A stretch of DNA of 59,368 bases, the filler included. It is 6 parts of 6 records of this genome, joined end to end, with 100 filler letters (N's around TTAATTAATTAA, not from the genome) between each part and the next. Parts side by side here need not be neighbours in the genome. Positions count along the whole stretch, not along the records: positions 7,141 to 18,378 come from DRR723986_77956; positions 18,479 to 34,991 come from DRR723986_78398; 4 more parts are not named here. The stretch is one strand, 5' to 3'. Below, piece by piece: positions 8,793 to 20,934 of the stretch. The first letter of the stretch is position 1, and every line of letters starts with the position of its first letter. The notes beneath the pieces were generated by a model that had not been told where the DNA came from, ran no database searches, and worked only from the letters and a program-made list of their open reading frames with translations. Position numbers and translations under genes: made by a program.

Positions 8793-9425
8793 TTACTTCT
8801 CTAGAATAACGAAAGAATTTTTAGGACCAGGTACAGAACCAGAAACCAATAGTAGGTTTTTGTCAGCATAGATTTTCAACACTCTAAGGTTGACAACCTT
8901 CACTCTGTCTCCGCCCGTTCTACCAGCCATTCTCATTCCTTTGAATACTCTGGATGGCCAAGAACATGCACCAATTGAACCTGGGTGTCTACCTCTGTTG
9001 TGCTGACCGTGAGTTTGTCCACCCACACCAGCAAAACCATGACGTTTTACTACACCCTGGAATCCTTTACCTTTTGAAGTTCCGATAGCATCTACGAAGT
9101 CACCCTCGATAAATACTTCACCAGCCTTCACAGTAGCTCCTAGATTTACCTGGCCTTCAAACTCGACCCGGAACTCTCTGAACTCAACAACTTTGTGCTT
9201 TGGTGTTGTACCAGCCTTTTTAAAATGACCGATCAATGGTTTTGGCGTATTTTTCTCTTTACGCTCACCATAAGCCAACTGCACTGCGTTGTACCCGTCT
9301 GTTTCAACGTTTTTTACTTGCGTCACTACACAAGGACCAGCTTCTATTAGCGTGCATGCGACGTTACGTCCATCGGCACTGAAAATGCTAGTCATTCCTA
9401 CTTTTCTACCTATTATACCAGACAT
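8793..9425 (-). CDS. rplC: 50S ribosomal protein L3
   Basis: [22 protein letters not shown] and VFKGMRMAG motifs. Confidence 0.98.
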   Translation of the reverse strand: MSGIIGRKVGMTSIFSADGRNVACTLIEAGPCVVTQVKNVETDGYNAVQLAYGERKEKNTPKPLIGHFKKAGTTPKHKVVEFREFRVEFEGQVNLGATVKAGEVFIEGDFVDAIGTSKGKGFQGVVKRHGFAGVGGQTHGQHNRGRHPGSIGACSWPSRVFKGMRMAGRTGGDRVKVVNLRVLKIYADKNLLLVSGSVPGPKNSFVILEK

Positions 9426-9488
9426 CTTTTATAAGATAATATAATAACCCACAGGCATTTGTCTGCCGGGGCTCCTTTTAAAGGACTG

Positions 9489-9519
9489 CAAAGTTACTGA
9501 AATAAAATTCTGTAACAAA
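9489..9519 (-). promoter_or_regulatory. Bacteroidota housekeeping promoter of the rplC operon
   Basis: Minus strand TTTG (-33) ... TAACTTTG (-7, consensus TAnnTTTG). Confidence 0.75.
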
Positions 9520-9612
9520 TCCGAAATCCTAAATTTTAACTGTATTGCAAAATATTTCCGTTGTGCCTCAGGCATTTATAGCCCTACAATCACAACAGCA
9601 AGCCTCTAAAGC

Positions 9613-9643
9613 AAAAAAGACCTGCTCCGAAAAGCAGGTCTTT
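9613..9643 (-). terminator. Intrinsic terminator after rpsJ
   Basis: AAAGACCTGCT / AGCAGGTCTTT inverted repeat with a T-run on the minus strand. Confidence 0.8.
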
Positions 9644-9663
9644 AGTATATTAATCCAGTCCGA

Positions 9664-9969
9664 TCAAACTTTGATCTCTACATCAACTCCACTTGGAAGC
9701 TCGATTTTCATCAAAGCATCTACCGTTTTGGAAGAGTTAGAGTAGATATCCACCAATCTCTTGTAAGTACAAAGTTGATATTGATCTCTAGCTTTCTTAG
9801 ACACGTGTGGAGATTTCAATACGGTGAATTTCTCCTTCTTTGTAGGCAATGGAATTGGCCCTACTACTACTGCGCCAGTGGCTTTCACTGCCTTTACAAT
9901 CTTCTCTGATGACTTATCCACCAGGCTGTGATCGTATGATTTTAGTTTTATTCTGATTTTCTGATTCAT
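9664..9969 (-). CDS. rpsJ: 30S ribosomal protein S10
   Basis: [18 protein letters not shown] and SPHV motifs. Confidence 0.98.
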   Translation of the reverse strand: MNQKIRIKLKSYDHSLVDKSSEKIVKAVKATGAVVVGPIPLPTKKEKFTVLKSPHVSKKARDQYQLCTYKRLVDIYSNSSKTVDALMKIELPSGVDVEIKV

Positions 9970-9981
9970 CGCAAATATTAT

Positions 9982-12105
9982 TTAGTCCTTCTGACCTTTT
10001 ACTGTAGCAATTACACCTTCGGCAATGTTGTTAGGCACTGACTCATAGTGAGAGAATGTCAATGAAGCTGTAGCTCTACCAGATGTGATAGTTCTTAGAT
10101 CAGTAATGTAACCGAACAACTCAGACAATGGTACAGATGCTTTGATTACGGAAGAAGTACCTTTAGTGTCCATTCCCTTCATCAAACCTCTTCTTCTATT
10201 CAAGTCACCAGTGATTGGACCAGTGTACTCATCAGGAGAAACCACATCTACTGCCATGATTGGCTCAAGCAATTGAGGCTTACATCTCTTAGCGGCATCT
10301 TTGAAGCCAAGTCTAGCTGCTAATTCAAAAGAAAGAGCATCTGAATCGACATCGTGGAATGATCCGTGGAACAATCTCACTTTCATAGATTCGATAGGAT
10401 AACCTGCCAAAGGACCATTTTTCATGGACTCAGCAAATCCTTTCTGTATGGAAGGAATAAATTCTTTAGGGATTACACCACCTACGATAGCGTTTACAAA
10501 TTCAAGACCTGGCTTGATTTCTCCAGTTTCAGGATCTGGATCTCTCGGGCTAAGTTCGAATGAAATATCAGCGAATTTACCTTTACCACCTGTCTGCTTC
10601 TTGTAAACTTCTTTATGTTCAACCGAACCAAATAATGCTTCTTTGTAAGCCACTTGAGGAGCTCCTTGGTTGATTTCAACCTTGAATTCTCTCTTCAAAC
10701 GATCGATGATAATATCCAAGTGAAGTTCACCCATTCCTCTCAAGATAGTCTGGCCAGTTTCGTGATCAGTGTTCACTTGAAGTGTAGGATCTTCTTCTAC
10801 TAGTTTAGCGATCGCCATACCTAGCTTATCTACATCTGCCTGCGTCTTAGGCTCGATAGCATATCCAATTACTGGCTCAGGGAATACCATTGATTCCAAT
10901 ACAACCTTACGCTTTTCGTCGCAAAGAGTATCTCCAGTTTTGATATCTTTAAAGCCTACCACTGCACCAATATCACCAGCTCTTAGAGCATCGATTTGGT
11001 TTTGCTTGTTAGCATGCATTTGGAACACTCTAGAGATACGCTCCTTATTTCCAGAACGGCTATTAAATACATAAGAACCAGAATTCAGGATTCCTGAATA
11101 TGCTCTTACGAAACAAAGACGACCTACAAATGGATCGGTAGCAATTTTGAAAGCAAGTCCTGCAAATGGTTCAGTCTCATCAGGAGAGATTCTTACATCT
11201 TTATCCTCATCCTCCAAATCATGAGCAATGATATCGTCCTTGTCCATAGGAGAAGGAAGCAATTCCATTACTAGATCTAGCATAGTCTGAACACCTTTAT
11301 TCTTGAAAGAAGATCCACATACCATTGGCACAATCTTCATATCAATTACTGCTTTTCTTAAAGCTGTTAGGATTTCTTCCTCAGTGATTGAATCAGAATC
11401 TTCGAAGAATTTCTCCATTAAAGACTCATCGTAATCAGCAACTGCTTCAAGCAAGTACTCCCTGTATTCCGCTACTTCGTCTAGCATATCTTCAGGAATC
11501 GGAACTTCTTCGAAAGTCATTCCGAAATCTTCCTCATTCCAAACGATAGCTCTGTTATTGATCAAATCTACTACACCGCGGAATCTATCTTCAGCACCGA
11601 TAGGAAGTTGCAAAGGAACAGCGTAGCTGCCTAGCATTTCCTTCACCTGCTTACAAACCTCAAGGAAGTTTGCGCCGGCACGGTCCATTTTGTTTACGAA
11701 TCCAATACGGGCAACTTTATAGTTATCCGCAAGTCTCCAGTTAGTCTCGGACTGTGGCTCTACGCCATCTACAGCACTGAATAGGAATACCAATCCATCG
11801 AGAACACGAAGTGATCTGTTTACTTCAACAGTAAAATCAACGTGACCGGGAGTATCGATGATGTTGATCTGGTATTTTTTCTCTCTGTAATTCCAAAAAA
11901 CGGTAGTCGCAGCAGAAGTAATAGTAATACCTCTTTCCTGCTCCTGAGCCATCCAGTCCATGGTAGCAGCACCGTCGTGAACCTCACCTATTTTGTGAGA
12001 TACGCCCGAATAAAAAAGAATTCGTTCTGTCGTTGTAGTTTTACCCGCATCAATGTGCGCGGCAATACCAATATTTCTGGTAAGTGTTAAATCTCTTTTA
12101 GCCAT
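9982..12105 (-). CDS. fusA: Elongation factor G
   Basis: [27 protein letters not shown] and GMGELHL motifs. Confidence 0.99.
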   Translation of the reverse strand: MAKRDLTLTRNIGIAAHIDAGKTTTTERILFYSGVSHKIGEVHDGAATMDWMAQEQERGITITSAATTVFWNYREKKYQINIIDTPGHVDFTVEVNRSLRVLDGLVFLFSAVDGVEPQSETNWRLADNYKVARIGFVNKMDRAGANFLEVCKQVKEMLGSYAVPLQLPIGAEDRFRGVVDLINNRAIVWNEEDFGMTFEEVPIPEDMLDEVAEYREYLLEAVADYDESLMEKFFEDSDSITEEEILTALRKAVIDMKIVPMVCGSSFKNKGVQTMLDLVMELLPSPMDKDDIIAHDLEDEDKDVRISPDETEPFAGLAFKIATDPFVGRLCFVRAYSGILNSGSYVFNSRSGNKERISRVFQMHANKQNQIDALRAGDIGAVVGFKDIKTGDTLCDEKRKVVLESMVFPEPVIGYAIEPKTQADVDKLGMAIAKLVEEDPTLQVNTDHETGQTILRGMGELHLDIIIDRLKREFKVEINQGAPQVAYKEALFGSVEHKEVYKKQTGGKGKFADISFELSPRDPDPETGEIKPGLEFVNAIVGGVIPKEFIPSIQKGFAESMKNGPLAGYPIESMKVRLFHGSFHDVDSDALSFELAARLGFKDAAKRCKPQLLEPIMAVDVVSPDEYTGPITGDLNRRRGLMKGMDTKGTSSVIKASVPLSELFGYITDLRTITSGRATASLTFSHYESVPNNIAEGVIATVKGQKD

Positions 12106-12110
12106 ATTGA

Positions 12111-12578
12111 TTAGAATCTAAAGTGGGAGAATGCTTTGTTGGCTTCAGCCATTCTGTGCGTATCATCTTTCTTCTTCACTCCGGCACCTTCGCCTTTGGA
12201 AGCAGCGATAATTTCGCCAGCTAGTCTGTCCATCATTGTCTTCTCACCTCTTCTTCTGGCGTAGCTGATCATCCATTTCATTCCCAATGCAACCTTTCTG
12301 TCAGGACGGACTTCCATTGGAACCTGGAATGTAGCACCACCAACTCTACGACTCTTCACCTCAACGGATGGAGAAATATTGTTTAGCGCTTTTTTCCAAA
12401 CTTCAAGACCATTCTCACCTACTTTTTCTTCAACTTTTTCTACTGCATCGTAGAAAATTCTGTAAGCAATACTCTTCTTCCCGTCTACCATTAGGTTGTT
12501 AACGAATCTAGTTACTAGCGTATCGTTGAACTTCGGATCAGGAAGAATATATCTCTTCTTTGGTTTCGCTTTTCTCAT
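12111..12578 (-). CDS. rpsG: 30S ribosomal protein S7
   Basis: [12 protein letters not shown] and [12 protein letters not shown] motifs. Confidence 0.98.
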   Translation of the reverse strand: MRKAKPKKRYILPDPKFNDTLVTRFVNNLMVDGKKSIAYRIFYDAVEKVEEKVGENGLEVWKKALNNISPSVEVKSRRVGGATFQVPMEVRPDRKVALGMKWMISYARRRGEKTMMDRLAGEIIAASKGEGAGVKKKDDTHRMAEANKAFSHFRF

Positions 12579-12600
12579 TTTTTCTAAATGTTATAAAGTA

Positions 12601-12999
12601 TTATTTCTTTGCCGGAGCGCCTTTTCCAGCCTTCGGTCTTTTAGCACCATACTTAGAGCGACCTTGCTTACGGTCTTTAACTCCTGCGGTATCTAGTGCA
12701 CCTCGGATGATGTGATATCTCACACCTGGAAGATCTTTCACACGACCACCTCTGATCAAGACGATCGAGTGTTCTTGTAGATTGTGACCTTCTCCAGGAA
12801 TGTAAGCATTCACTTCTTTTCCGTTTGTCAATCTCACCCTCGCCACTTTTCTCATTGCAGAGTTTGGCTTCTTAGGGGTTGTAGTGTATACTCTGGTACA
12901 AACTCCTCTTCGCTGTGGACATGCATCCAAAGCTCTTGATTTTGATTTGGTCTCCAGTGTAGTTCTACCTTTTCGTACTAACTGTTGAATAGTAGGCAT
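12601..12999 (-). CDS. rpsL: 30S ribosomal protein S12
   Basis: MPTIQQLVR start at 12999; TPKKPNSA and DLPGVRY motifs. Confidence 0.98.
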   Translation of the reverse strand: MPTIQQLVRKGRTTLETKSKSRALDACPQRRGVCTRVYTTTPKKPNSAMRKVARVRLTNGKEVNAYIPGEGHNLQEHSIVLIRGGRVKDLPGVRYHIIRGALDTAGVKDRKQGRSKYGAKRPKAGKGAPAKK

Positions 13000-13046
13000 T
13001 AACTGATAAAATTTAGTTTTCCCGTAAACTGTTAAATTTTGGACTG

Positions 13047-13077
13047 CAAAGGTAAACAAAGTAATAAGAGTAACAAA
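13047..13077 (-). promoter_or_regulatory. Bacteroidota promoter of the rpsL operon
   Basis: Minus strand TTTG ... TACCTTTG followed by CAGTCC, same geometry as the rplC promoter. Confidence 0.75.
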
Positions 13078-13097
13078 GCTAAGCAATTATATTTTTA

Positions 13098-13421
13098 CTA
13101 GGCTTCTCCCGGTGTTCCGAAACTTATCGGAAACTGGGGTGCTCCTCCTGACTGGCTTATCTTTCCAAAGGCTGCTTCATACTTCTCGATATTATCTTTT
13201 AAAGCTGAAAGCAACCTCTTCGCATGATCCGGAGTCACGATGATGCGTGACTTCACTTTTGCCTTGGGCACGCCAGGCATCAGGCGAATAAAATCAATAA
13301 CAAATTCTGAATTAGAATGAGCAATCATCGCCAAATTGGAATAAACACCTTCAGCAACTTCTTCAGAAAGTTCTACATTGATCTGCTGATCTCCTTTTTT
13401 TTGTCCGTTGTCGTCTTGCAT
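13098..13421 (-). CDS. DUF3467 family protein
   Basis: EGVYSNLAMIAHSNSEFVIDF and RIIVTPDHAKRL motifs; usual Bacteroidota neighbour of rpoC. Confidence 0.88.
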   Translation of the reverse strand: MQDDNGQKKGDQQINVELSEEVAEGVYSNLAMIAHSNSEFVIDFIRLMPGVPKAKVKSRIIVTPDHAKRLLSALKDNIEKYEAAFGKISQSGGAPQFPISFGTPGEA

Positions 13422-13715
13422 GGTTGATGTTATTTATATAATTATCCCTAATGATGCCAGTACCGCTATTTTCTTTGTTTATTAGGCTGGATGACCGATG
13501 ACAGGTGACCGAAGTAGCCTCAATGCCATTGTTGATCCAATTCTGTAATTCATAAGTCTCTTAACTATTAACAAGGAGACTAGTGAAGACTAAATTACCT
13601 ATAACCAATTAACTAGCTTATTTATCCAGTTGGCAACTCTGGTTCATCATAAGATATCTAAACTGCGTTCTCTGCGCAAAACTTCGCGTCCACCGCGGTT
13701 AAATACGTCATTTAG

Positions 13716-13747
13716 AAAAAAAAGGCCTGTCGTGAAACAGGCCTTTT
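13716..13747 (-). terminator. Intrinsic terminator after rpoC
   Basis: AAAAGGCCTGT / ACAGGCCTTTT inverted repeat with a long T-run on the minus strand. Confidence 0.85.
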
Positions 13748-13766
13748 GAATTAATTTATTAAACTT

Positions 13767-16700
13767 TTACAGGATTGCTTCGCTAGATCTTTTAGTGTTG
13801 CGCTCCATGTTTTCTGAAAGCTTCTCATATTCTTCCTGAGAACCTACGATGATAGGCTGCAATCTTCTCTGACCAGTACCGGCAGGAATCAAGTGACCAA
13901 CGATTACGTTCTCTTTCAAACCTTTCAGCTCATCTCGCTTACCTCTGATAGCTGCTTCGGAAAGCACCTTAGTAGTCTCCTGGAAGGAAGCTGCAGAGAT
14001 AAATGACTCAGTACCCAAAGATGCTGCAGTGATACCCTGTAGAGTGGGCTTAGAAACCGCAGTTTCAGCATCTCGTACTTGCACCAACTTAAGATCCTTA
14101 CGCTTCAAGCTAGAATTCTCATCTCTCAATCTTCTTGCAGAGATAATCATACCTGGCTTCAATGTAGAAGAATCACCAGCATCCATAACCACCTTACGGT
14201 CAAGAATATTATCATTCTCTTCTCTGAATGCCCACTTGTCCACTACTTGGTTCTGCAGGAATCCAGTATCACCAGCATCAAGGATTTCAACTTTCTGCAT
14301 CATTTGAGATACGATCACCTCGATGTGCTTATCGTTGATTTTCACACCTTGAAGACGATAGACTTCCTGGATTTCATTTACTAAGTATTCTTGAACAGCA
14401 GTTGGGCCTTTGATAGACAAGATATCATTTGGAGTGATCGCTCCATCAGAAAGTGGTTCACCAGCTCTGATAAAGTCATTCTCCTGAACCAAAATATGCT
14501 TAGAAAGAGATACCATGTATTTCTTAATTACTCCATCTTTGGACTCAATGATGATTTCTCTGTTACCTCTCTTGATACCTCCATAAGATACTACACCATC
14601 AATTTCAGAAACTACAGCCGGATTGGATGGGTTTCTTGCTTCGAATAGCTCTGTAACTCGTGGAAGACCACCAGTAATATCTCTTGTTTTACCAACAGAT
14701 CTTGGGATTTTTACCAAGATTTGACCTGATTTAACTTTGTCTCCAGCCTCAATTGCCAAGTGAGCTCCTACAGGAATGTTATATCCTTTAGACTCTTCAC
14801 CATAGTTGACAATGATTGCAGGGTTCTTAGTTCTATCTTTTGTATCGATAATTACTTTCTCACGGAAGCCTGTCTGATCATCGGACACTTCTTTGAAAGT
14901 GACACCTTCTACGATTGCTTCGAATTCAATTTTACCGTCGAATTCAGAGAGGATAACTGCATTATATGGATCCCATTTACAAAGCGTCTGACCCTTAGTA
15001 ACTTTCTCCTTATCCTTCACATTGACAATTGAACCATATGGTGCATGATTAGACACTAATGTCTTACCTGTCTTAGGATCATTCACTTTGATCTCACCAG
15101 ATCTACCCATGACCACCGTTACTGGTTCGCCATCCTTATTGGTAGTCTCGATTAATCTCAATTCATCGTCAAATTCTACAACACCGTCGAACTTAGCTAT
15201 CACACTCGCCTCTACAGCCATGTTTGATGCAGTACCACCTACGTGGAAAGTTCTAAGTGTAAGCTGAGTACCAGGCTCACCGATTGATTGTGCAGCGATA
15301 ACACCTACAGATTCACCTGTCTGTACCATATGGCCAGATGAGGTTAGATTTCTTCCGTAGCATTTCCCACATACACCTCTACGAGTCTCACACGTCAATA
15401 CAGATCTGATCTCAACCTCGTCAATACCAGATTCGTCAATCAACTGAGCAACCTCATCGCTGATCATAACTCCTGATTCAATGATCAACTCATCCGTTTC
15501 TGGATGGTATATATCATGGACAGAAACTCTACCTACAACTCTCTCAGAAAGTGGCTCGACGATATCGTCATTATCTCTCAATGGCTGAACCATCAATCCT
15601 CTTAAACTACCACAATCGTCTTCAGTCACAATCATATCCTGCGCCACATCCACTAGACGTCTGGTTAGGTAACCAGCATCGGCAGTTTTCAATGCAGTAT
15701 CGGCGAGGCCTTTACGTGCACCGTGTGTAGAGATAAAGTATTCCAATACATCCAGTCCTTCTTTGAAGTTTGAAAGGATTGGGTTTTCGATGATCTCACC
15801 TACAGAACCTTGAAGGTTTTTCTGTGGCTTAGCCATCAAGCCTCTCATACCACCCAGCTGACGAATTTGTTCTCTGGAACCACGGGCTCCTGAGTGCATC
15901 ATCATGTAGATCGCATTGAATCCTTGCTTATCCTCTTCCATCTGCTTCATCAGATTATTAGTCAAATGAGAGTTGGTACGAGTCCAAATATCAATTACTT
16001 GATTGTATCGTTCGTTATCCGTGATTAGACCCATTAGGTAGTTGTTCCATACTTGGTCAACTTCGTCTTTGGCCTTAGTAATCATCGGCTCTTTTTCTTC
16101 TGGGATGATTACATCATTCAGACCCATAGATAGACCACCTTTGTAGGCCATCTGGAATCCAAGGTTTTTGATATCATCCAAGAATTGAGCTGTACGTGCC
16201 ATTCCACATACCTTAACCACTTTAGCAATAATCTGCTGAAGTTTTTTCTTGGTCAAAAGCTCATTTACATAACCTACTTCTTTTGGTACAAACTGGTTGA
16301 AAATCAATCTACCGGCTACGGTTTCAATAATCTCATCCTTGTAACCTCCATCTTCGGTTCTTACCTGCACTTTACATTTGATATTCGCATGCTTGGAGAT
16401 TTGCTCCTCATTCAATGCGATGATCACTTCTTCTGTGCTGTAGAATGTCATTCCTTCACCAGGAACTTTCTCCTCTGGAGTAGATCTCTTACCCTTGGTC
16501 ACGTAGTATAGACCCAATACCATATCCTGAGAAGGTACAGTAATTGGAGCTCCGTTGGCAGGGTTAAGAATATTGTGCGAAGAAAGCATCAACGTAGAAG
16601 CTTCCAAGATCGCTTCATGTCCAAGCGGTACGTGAACTGCCATCTGATCACCGTCAAAATCGGCGTTGAATGCAGTACATACCAATGGGTGAAGCTGGAT

Positions 16701-18080
16701 AGCTTTTCCTTCTATAAGCTTTGGCTGGAAAGCTTGGATACCTAGTCTGTGAAGAGTAGGGGCACGGTTAAGGAGCACAGGGTGTCCCTTCAATACGTTT
16801 TCCAAAATATCCCAAACCACAGGATCTTTACGATCAACAATTTTCTTTGCCGACTTAACTGTCTTCACAATACCTCTTTCGATCAGTTTTCTGATGATGA
16901 AAGGCTTGAAAAGTTCAGCAGCCATATTTTTAGGAAGACCACACTCGTGAAGCTTCAATTCTGGTCCTACCACGATCACCGAACGACCGGAGTAATCCAC
17001 ACGCTTACCGAGCAAGTTTTGACGGAATCGACCTTGCTTACCTTTCAACATATCGGAAAGGGATTTCAAAGCACGGTTTCCATCAGATCTTACTGCATTT
17101 ACTTTTCTAGAGTTATCGAATAGAGAATCTACAGCTTCCTGAAGCATTCTTTTTTCGTTTCTCAAAATTACCTCTGGAGCTTTGATATCTATCAATCTCT
17201 TCAGACGGTTGTTTCTGATGATAACTCTTCTATAAAGGTCATTCAAATCGGAAGTCGCAAAACGACCGCCATCCAAAGGAACCAATGGACGCAATTCCGG
17301 TGGAATAACTGGAACCATACGAACAACCATCCACTCAGGACGGTTTTCGATTCTTGTTCTAGCATCACGGAATGCTTCTACCACTTTAAGTCTTTTCAGT
17401 GCTTCTGCTTTTCTCTGTTGAGAAGTATCAGTAGCAGCTTGGTGACGAAGTGCATAAGAAAGGTCATCCAGATCAATTCTTGCCAATAGCATCTCCAACG
17501 CTTCAGCACCCATTTTGGCGATGAATTTATTTGGATCCTCATCGTCAAGCATATGGTTTTCCTTAGGAAGCTTGTCCATGATATCCAGGTATTCATCTTC
17601 AGTCAGGAAGTCCAAATATTGAACTCCCTCTTCTGCTTTGATGCCTGGCTGAACAACCGCATAACGCTCGTAATAGACAATCTGATCAAGTTTCTTAGTC
17701 GGAAGACCAAGTAGATAACCGATTTTATTAGGAAGAGATTTGAAATACCAAATGTGGGCAACTGGTACTACCAGCTCGATGTGCCCCATTCTCTCTCTTC
17801 TTACTTTCTTCTCTGTAACCTCTACACCGCAGCGATCACAGATAATACCTTTATACCTGATGCGCTTGTACTTGCCACAATGACACTCCCAATCCTTTAC
17901 AGGACCAAAGATTCTCTCACAGAACAAACCGCCCATTTCAGGCTTGTAGGTTCTATAATTGATGGTCTCTGGCTGGGTCACTTCACCGTTTGAGCTATCC
18001 AGAATTGATTCTGGGGAAGCCAAACTGATGGTGACTCTGGAAAAATCATTGTTAAGTTTTTTATTTTTTCTGAACGCCAT
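13767..18080 (-). CDS. rpoC: RNA polymerase beta' subunit
   Basis: NADFDGD catalytic motif, N-terminal Zn finger and [10 protein letters not shown]. Confidence 0.99.
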   Translation of the reverse strand: MAFRKNKKLNNDFSRVTISLASPESILDSSNGEVTQPETINYRTYKPEMGGLFCERIFGPVKDWECHCGKYKRIRYKGIICDRCGVEVTEKKVRRERMGHIELVVPVAHIWYFKSLPNKIGYLLGLPTKKLDQIVYYERYAVVQPGIKAEEGVQYLDFLTEDEYLDIMDKLPKENHMLDDEDPNKFIAKMGAEALEMLLARIDLDDLSYALRHQAATDTSQQRKAEALKRLKVVEAFRDARTRIENRPEWMVVRMVPVIPPELRPLVPLDGGRFATSDLNDLYRRVIIRNNRLKRLIDIKAPEVILRNEKRMLQEAVDSLFDNSRKVNAVRSDGNRALKSLSDMLKGKQGRFRQNLLGKRVDYSGRSVIVVGPELKLHECGLPKNMAAELFKPFIIRKLIERGIVKTVKSAKKIVDRKDPVVWDILENVLKGHPVLLNRAPTLHRLGIQAFQPKLIEGKAIQLHPLVCTAFNADFDGDQMAVHVPLGHEAILEASTLMLSSHNILNPANGAPITVPSQDMVLGLYYVTKGKRSTPEEKVPGEGMTFYSTEEVIIALNEEQISKHANIKCKVQVRTEDGGYKDEIIETVAGRLIFNQFVPKEVGYVNELLTKKKLQQIIAKVVKVCGMARTAQFLDDIKNLGFQMAYKGGLSMGLNDVIIPEEKEPMITKAKDEVDQVWNNYLMGLITDNERYNQVIDIWTRTNSHLTNNLMKQMEEDKQGFNAIYMMMHSGARGSREQIRQLGGMRGLMAKPQKNLQGSVGEIIENPILSNFKEGLDVLEYFISTHGARKGLADTALKTADAGYLTRRLVDVAQDMIVTEDDCGSLRGLMVQPLRDNDDIVEPLSERVVGRVSVHDIYHPETDELIIESGVMISDEVAQLIDESGIDEVEIRSVLTCETRRGVCGKCYGRNLTSSGHMVQTGESVGVIAAQSIGEPGTQLTLRTFHVGGTASNMAVEASVIAKFDGVVEFDDELRLIETTNKDGEPVTVVMGRSGEIKVNDPKTGKTLVSNHAPYGSIVNVKDKEKVTKGQTLCKWDPYNAVILSEFDGKIEFEAIVEGVTFKEVSDDQTGFREKVIIDTKDRTKNPAIIVNYGEESKGYNIPVGAHLAIEAGDKVKSGQILVKIPRSVGKTRDITGGLPRVTELFEARNPSNPAVVSEIDGVVSYGGIKRGNREIIIESKDGVIKKYMVSLSKHILVQENDFIRAGEPLSDGAITPNDILSIKGPTAVQEYLVNEIQEVYRLQGVKINDKHIEVIVSQMMQKVEILDAGDTGFLQNQVVDKWAFREENDNILDRKVVMDAGDSSTLKPGMIISARRLRDENSSLKRKDLKLVQVRDAETAVSKPTLQGITAASLGTESFISAASFQETTKVLSEAAIRGKRDELKGLKENVIVGHLIPAGTGQRRLQPIIVGSQEEYEKLSENMERNTKRSSEAIL

Positions 18081-18128
18081 AGTTTTTTGAAAGATATGTA
18101 AAGGGCTCTTGCGAGCCCATTCGCTTTA

Positions 18129-18378
<250 letters not shown>

Positions 18379-18478
18379 NNNNNNNNNNNNNNNNNNNNNN
18401 NNNNNNNNNNNNNNNNNNNNNNTTAATTAATTAANNNNNNNNNNNNNNNNNNNNNNNNNNNNNNNNNNNNNNNNNNNN
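18379..18478. other. Artificial contig linker
   Basis: N-run + TTAATTAATTAA + N-run. Confidence 0.98.
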
Positions 18479-18509
18479 CGTGCGCCTTCGACCACTCGGC
18501 CACCTCTCT
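18479..18509 (-). tRNA. tRNA-Ser, 5' fragment truncated by contig edge
   Basis: Minus strand AGAGAGGTGGCCGAGTGGTCGAAGGCGCACG, a class II tRNA-Ser-type D-arm; anticodon not visible. Confidence 0.75.
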
Positions 18510-18586
18510 GTAAATTTTAGCCAAAAAAATTACAGTACGCCAAATAACGAAAAAAACTTCAAACTCTAAAATTTAAGTCGTTAATT

Positions 18587-19612
18587 TTAGGACATTTCCC
18601 CACGTAGTGGTTTTTCAAAATAGAATTTAAATTCGTCTGCTTTTATTTTATAGCCTAATAAGTACATAAGCTTTACTACGGCAGCCTCGGTTGTTATGTC
18701 TTTGCCAGAAATAACACCAATGTTTTTGAGTTGAGAACTGGTTTCATACTGACCCATTGCAACACTACCACCTGAACATTGTGTAACATTTATAATGTGT
18801 AACCCATTTTGTATTGCGCTTTCTAACAACTCAATAAGCCAAGGTTCTGTTGTTGCATTACCAGAGCCATAAGTTTCTAGAATAAGACCTTTTAAGTTTT
18901 CTGTTTGTAATACTGCTTCTACAATGGGTTTAGAAATACCTGGAAATAATTTCAAAATTCCAATATTAGTATCCATCGCCGTTCTTACAATTAATTTATC
19001 CTTAAAGGTTTCTCGTCTAAGAAATTCAAAATTTACTTTAAGATGAACTCCAGATTCTGCAAGAGTAGGAAAGTTTGGAGATTCAAATGCTTCAAAATGT
19101 TCTGCATTTATTTTTGTGGTTCTATTACCTCGGTATAATTTATATTCAAAATACAAACACACCTCTCTAATTATTGGTTTGCTATCTTTTTGTAGAGACG
19201 CAACTTGTATAGATGTTATTAAATTTTCTTTTGCGTCTGTTCTTAAATCTCCAATGGGTAATTGTGAACCTGTAAAAATTACTGGTTTCTCTAAATTTTC
19301 GAGCATAAAACTTAGCGCAGAAGCAGAGTAACTCATAGTATCACTCCCATGCAATACAACAAATCCATCAAAAGTGTTATAATTAGACTCTATTATTCTT
19401 GCGATATCCTCCCAATATTTTGGGTTCATATTAGAAGAGTCTATTGGCTCATCAAATGAAACAGTTTCTATATTACAATCGAGTAGCTTCAATTCTGGAA
19501 TCCTAATTAAAAGACTATTAAAATCAAAAGCTCTGAGTGAACCAGTATCTGCATCTTTTATCATGCCAATCGTTCCACCAGTATAAATCAATAATATATT
19601 AGGTCTTTCCAT
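18587..19612 (-). CDS. ansA: L-asparaginase type I
   Basis: YTGGTIGM, HGSDTM, TGSQLP and YGSGN motifs. Confidence 0.95.
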   Translation of the reverse strand: MERPNILLIYTGGTIGMIKDADTGSLRAFDFNSLLIRIPELKLLDCNIETVSFDEPIDSSNMNPKYWEDIARIIESNYNTFDGFVVLHGSDTMSYSASALSFMLENLEKPVIFTGSQLPIGDLRTDAKENLITSIQVASLQKDSKPIIREVCLYFEYKLYRGNRTTKINAEHFEAFESPNFPTLAESGVHLKVNFEFLRRETFKDKLIVRTAMDTNIGILKLFPGISKPIVEAVLQTENLKGLILETYGSGNATTEPWLIELLESAIQNGLHIINVTQCSGGSVAMGQYETSSQLKNIGVISGKDITTEAAVVKLMYLLGYKIKADEFKFYFEKPLRGEMS

Positions 19613-19614
19613 AA

Positions 19615-20382
19615 TTAAATACTGAATACGTCTTTTGAATTTTGTGTAGTAACACTCGCAATCTCTTCTTCGCTTAGGTTGTAAAGTTCGGCTAATTTCT
19701 CCAAAACTTTGGTAACATAAAAACTTTCATTTCTTTTTCCTCTAAATGGTTTAGGCGCCAAGTATGGAGAATCCGTTTCTAATACAATATGCTTTAAGTC
19801 TATTTGATTAATAAACTGATCAATTTTGCCATTCTTAAAGGTAACAACACCACCTATACCTAGTTTCATATTATAGGATATGGCTCTTTTAGCTTGGTCT
19901 AGGTTTCCCGTAAAACAATGAAAAATACCGAATAAATCATCTGATTTCTCTTGTTCTAACACCTCAAATATTTCATCAAAAGCTTCTCTGCAATGAATTA
20001 CAATTGGAAGATTATATTTTTTGGCCAAATTAATTTGATGTCTAAATGCTTCGATCTGTATCCCTAAAGTGCTTTTATCCCAATACAGGTCAATTCCTAT
20101 TTCACCAATTGCATAAAACTCTCGCTTGGCTAGCATATCTTCTACATGTTTCAATTCTTCTATATAATTCTCTTTTACATGTGTAGGATGAAGACCCATC
20201 ATAAGAAAAATATTTTCTGGAAATTCTTTTTCTAATTCTAGCATTGCAGCTGTGTAAGTAGAATCTATAGCAGGAATAAAAAACCGAGTAATATTAGCAT
20301 CAATAGCTCTATTAATCATTTCCTTTCTGTCATCTTCGAAAGCCTCGCTGTATAAATGAGTGTGAGTATCTGTAATTATCAT
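19615..20382 (-). CDS. TatD family deoxyribonuclease
   Basis: DTHTH, GLHP, IGEIGID, HCF and ETDSPYLAP motifs; start at ATG 20382. Confidence 0.95.
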   Translation of the reverse strand: MIITDTHTHLYSEAFEDDRKEMINRAIDANITRFFIPAIDSTYTAAMLELEKEFPENIFLMMGLHPTHVKENYIEELKHVEDMLAKREFYAIGEIGIDLYWDKSTLGIQIEAFRHQINLAKKYNLPIVIHCREAFDEIFEVLEQEKSDDLFGIFHCFTGNLDQAKRAISYNMKLGIGGVVTFKNGKIDQFINQIDLKHIVLETDSPYLAPKPFRGKRNESFYVTKVLEKLAELYNLSEEEIASVTTQNSKDVFSI

Positions 20383-20430
20383 ATTGCAAAAGTAATTGTT
20401 TAGAATATTATATTTACACAAATTGTGAAA

Positions 20431-20871
20431 ATGGAAACACTAAAAGACTTCCTCATAAATAAAGGGTATTCTAAGATTAAATTAAAGCTTACAAAGACAA
20501 ATCATTTTGAAATTAAAGCTTCCATAAATGATATTAATGGACATTTTATTTTAGATACTGGTGCCTCTAGTAGCTGTGTTGGATTTGAAGCTATTGAACG
20601 ATTTAACTTAAAGGTTAAGGATTCTGAAATTAAAGCTGTTGGTGCTGGTGCATCGGATATGCAAACTAAAGTATCTAACTCAAATAAACTTAAGATTGGT
20701 AAATGGCAAAATCAAAGAGTTGCCTTAATACTTTTTAATTTATCACATGTAAATAATGGATTAATTAATCATGATGCAGATCCTGTAGATGGTATCATTG
20801 GCGCTGATGTTCTTAAAAAGGGTAAAGCTATAATTGATTATCAGAAAAAATACCTCTATTTAAAGCTGTAA
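20431..20871 (+). CDS. Retropepsin-like (clan AA) aspartyl protease
   Basis: FILDTGAS and DGIIGADVL motifs. Confidence 0.88.
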   Translation: METLKDFLINKGYSKIKLKLTKTNHFEIKASINDINGHFILDTGASSSCVGFEAIERFNLKVKDSEIKAVGAGASDMQTKVSNSNKLKIGKWQNQRVALILFNLSHVNNGLINHDADPVDGIIGADVLKKGKAIIDYQKKYLYLKL

Positions 20872-20934
20872 GAAATTCCGATAAAATAAAGATTCTTAGT
20901 ATCTTCACAAATACCTTATAGAATTAATAGCAGC

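Noticed and set aside
13000-13086. 29-aa N-terminal extension of S12
   Set aside because: It runs through the promoter; the conserved start MPTIQQL is at 12999.
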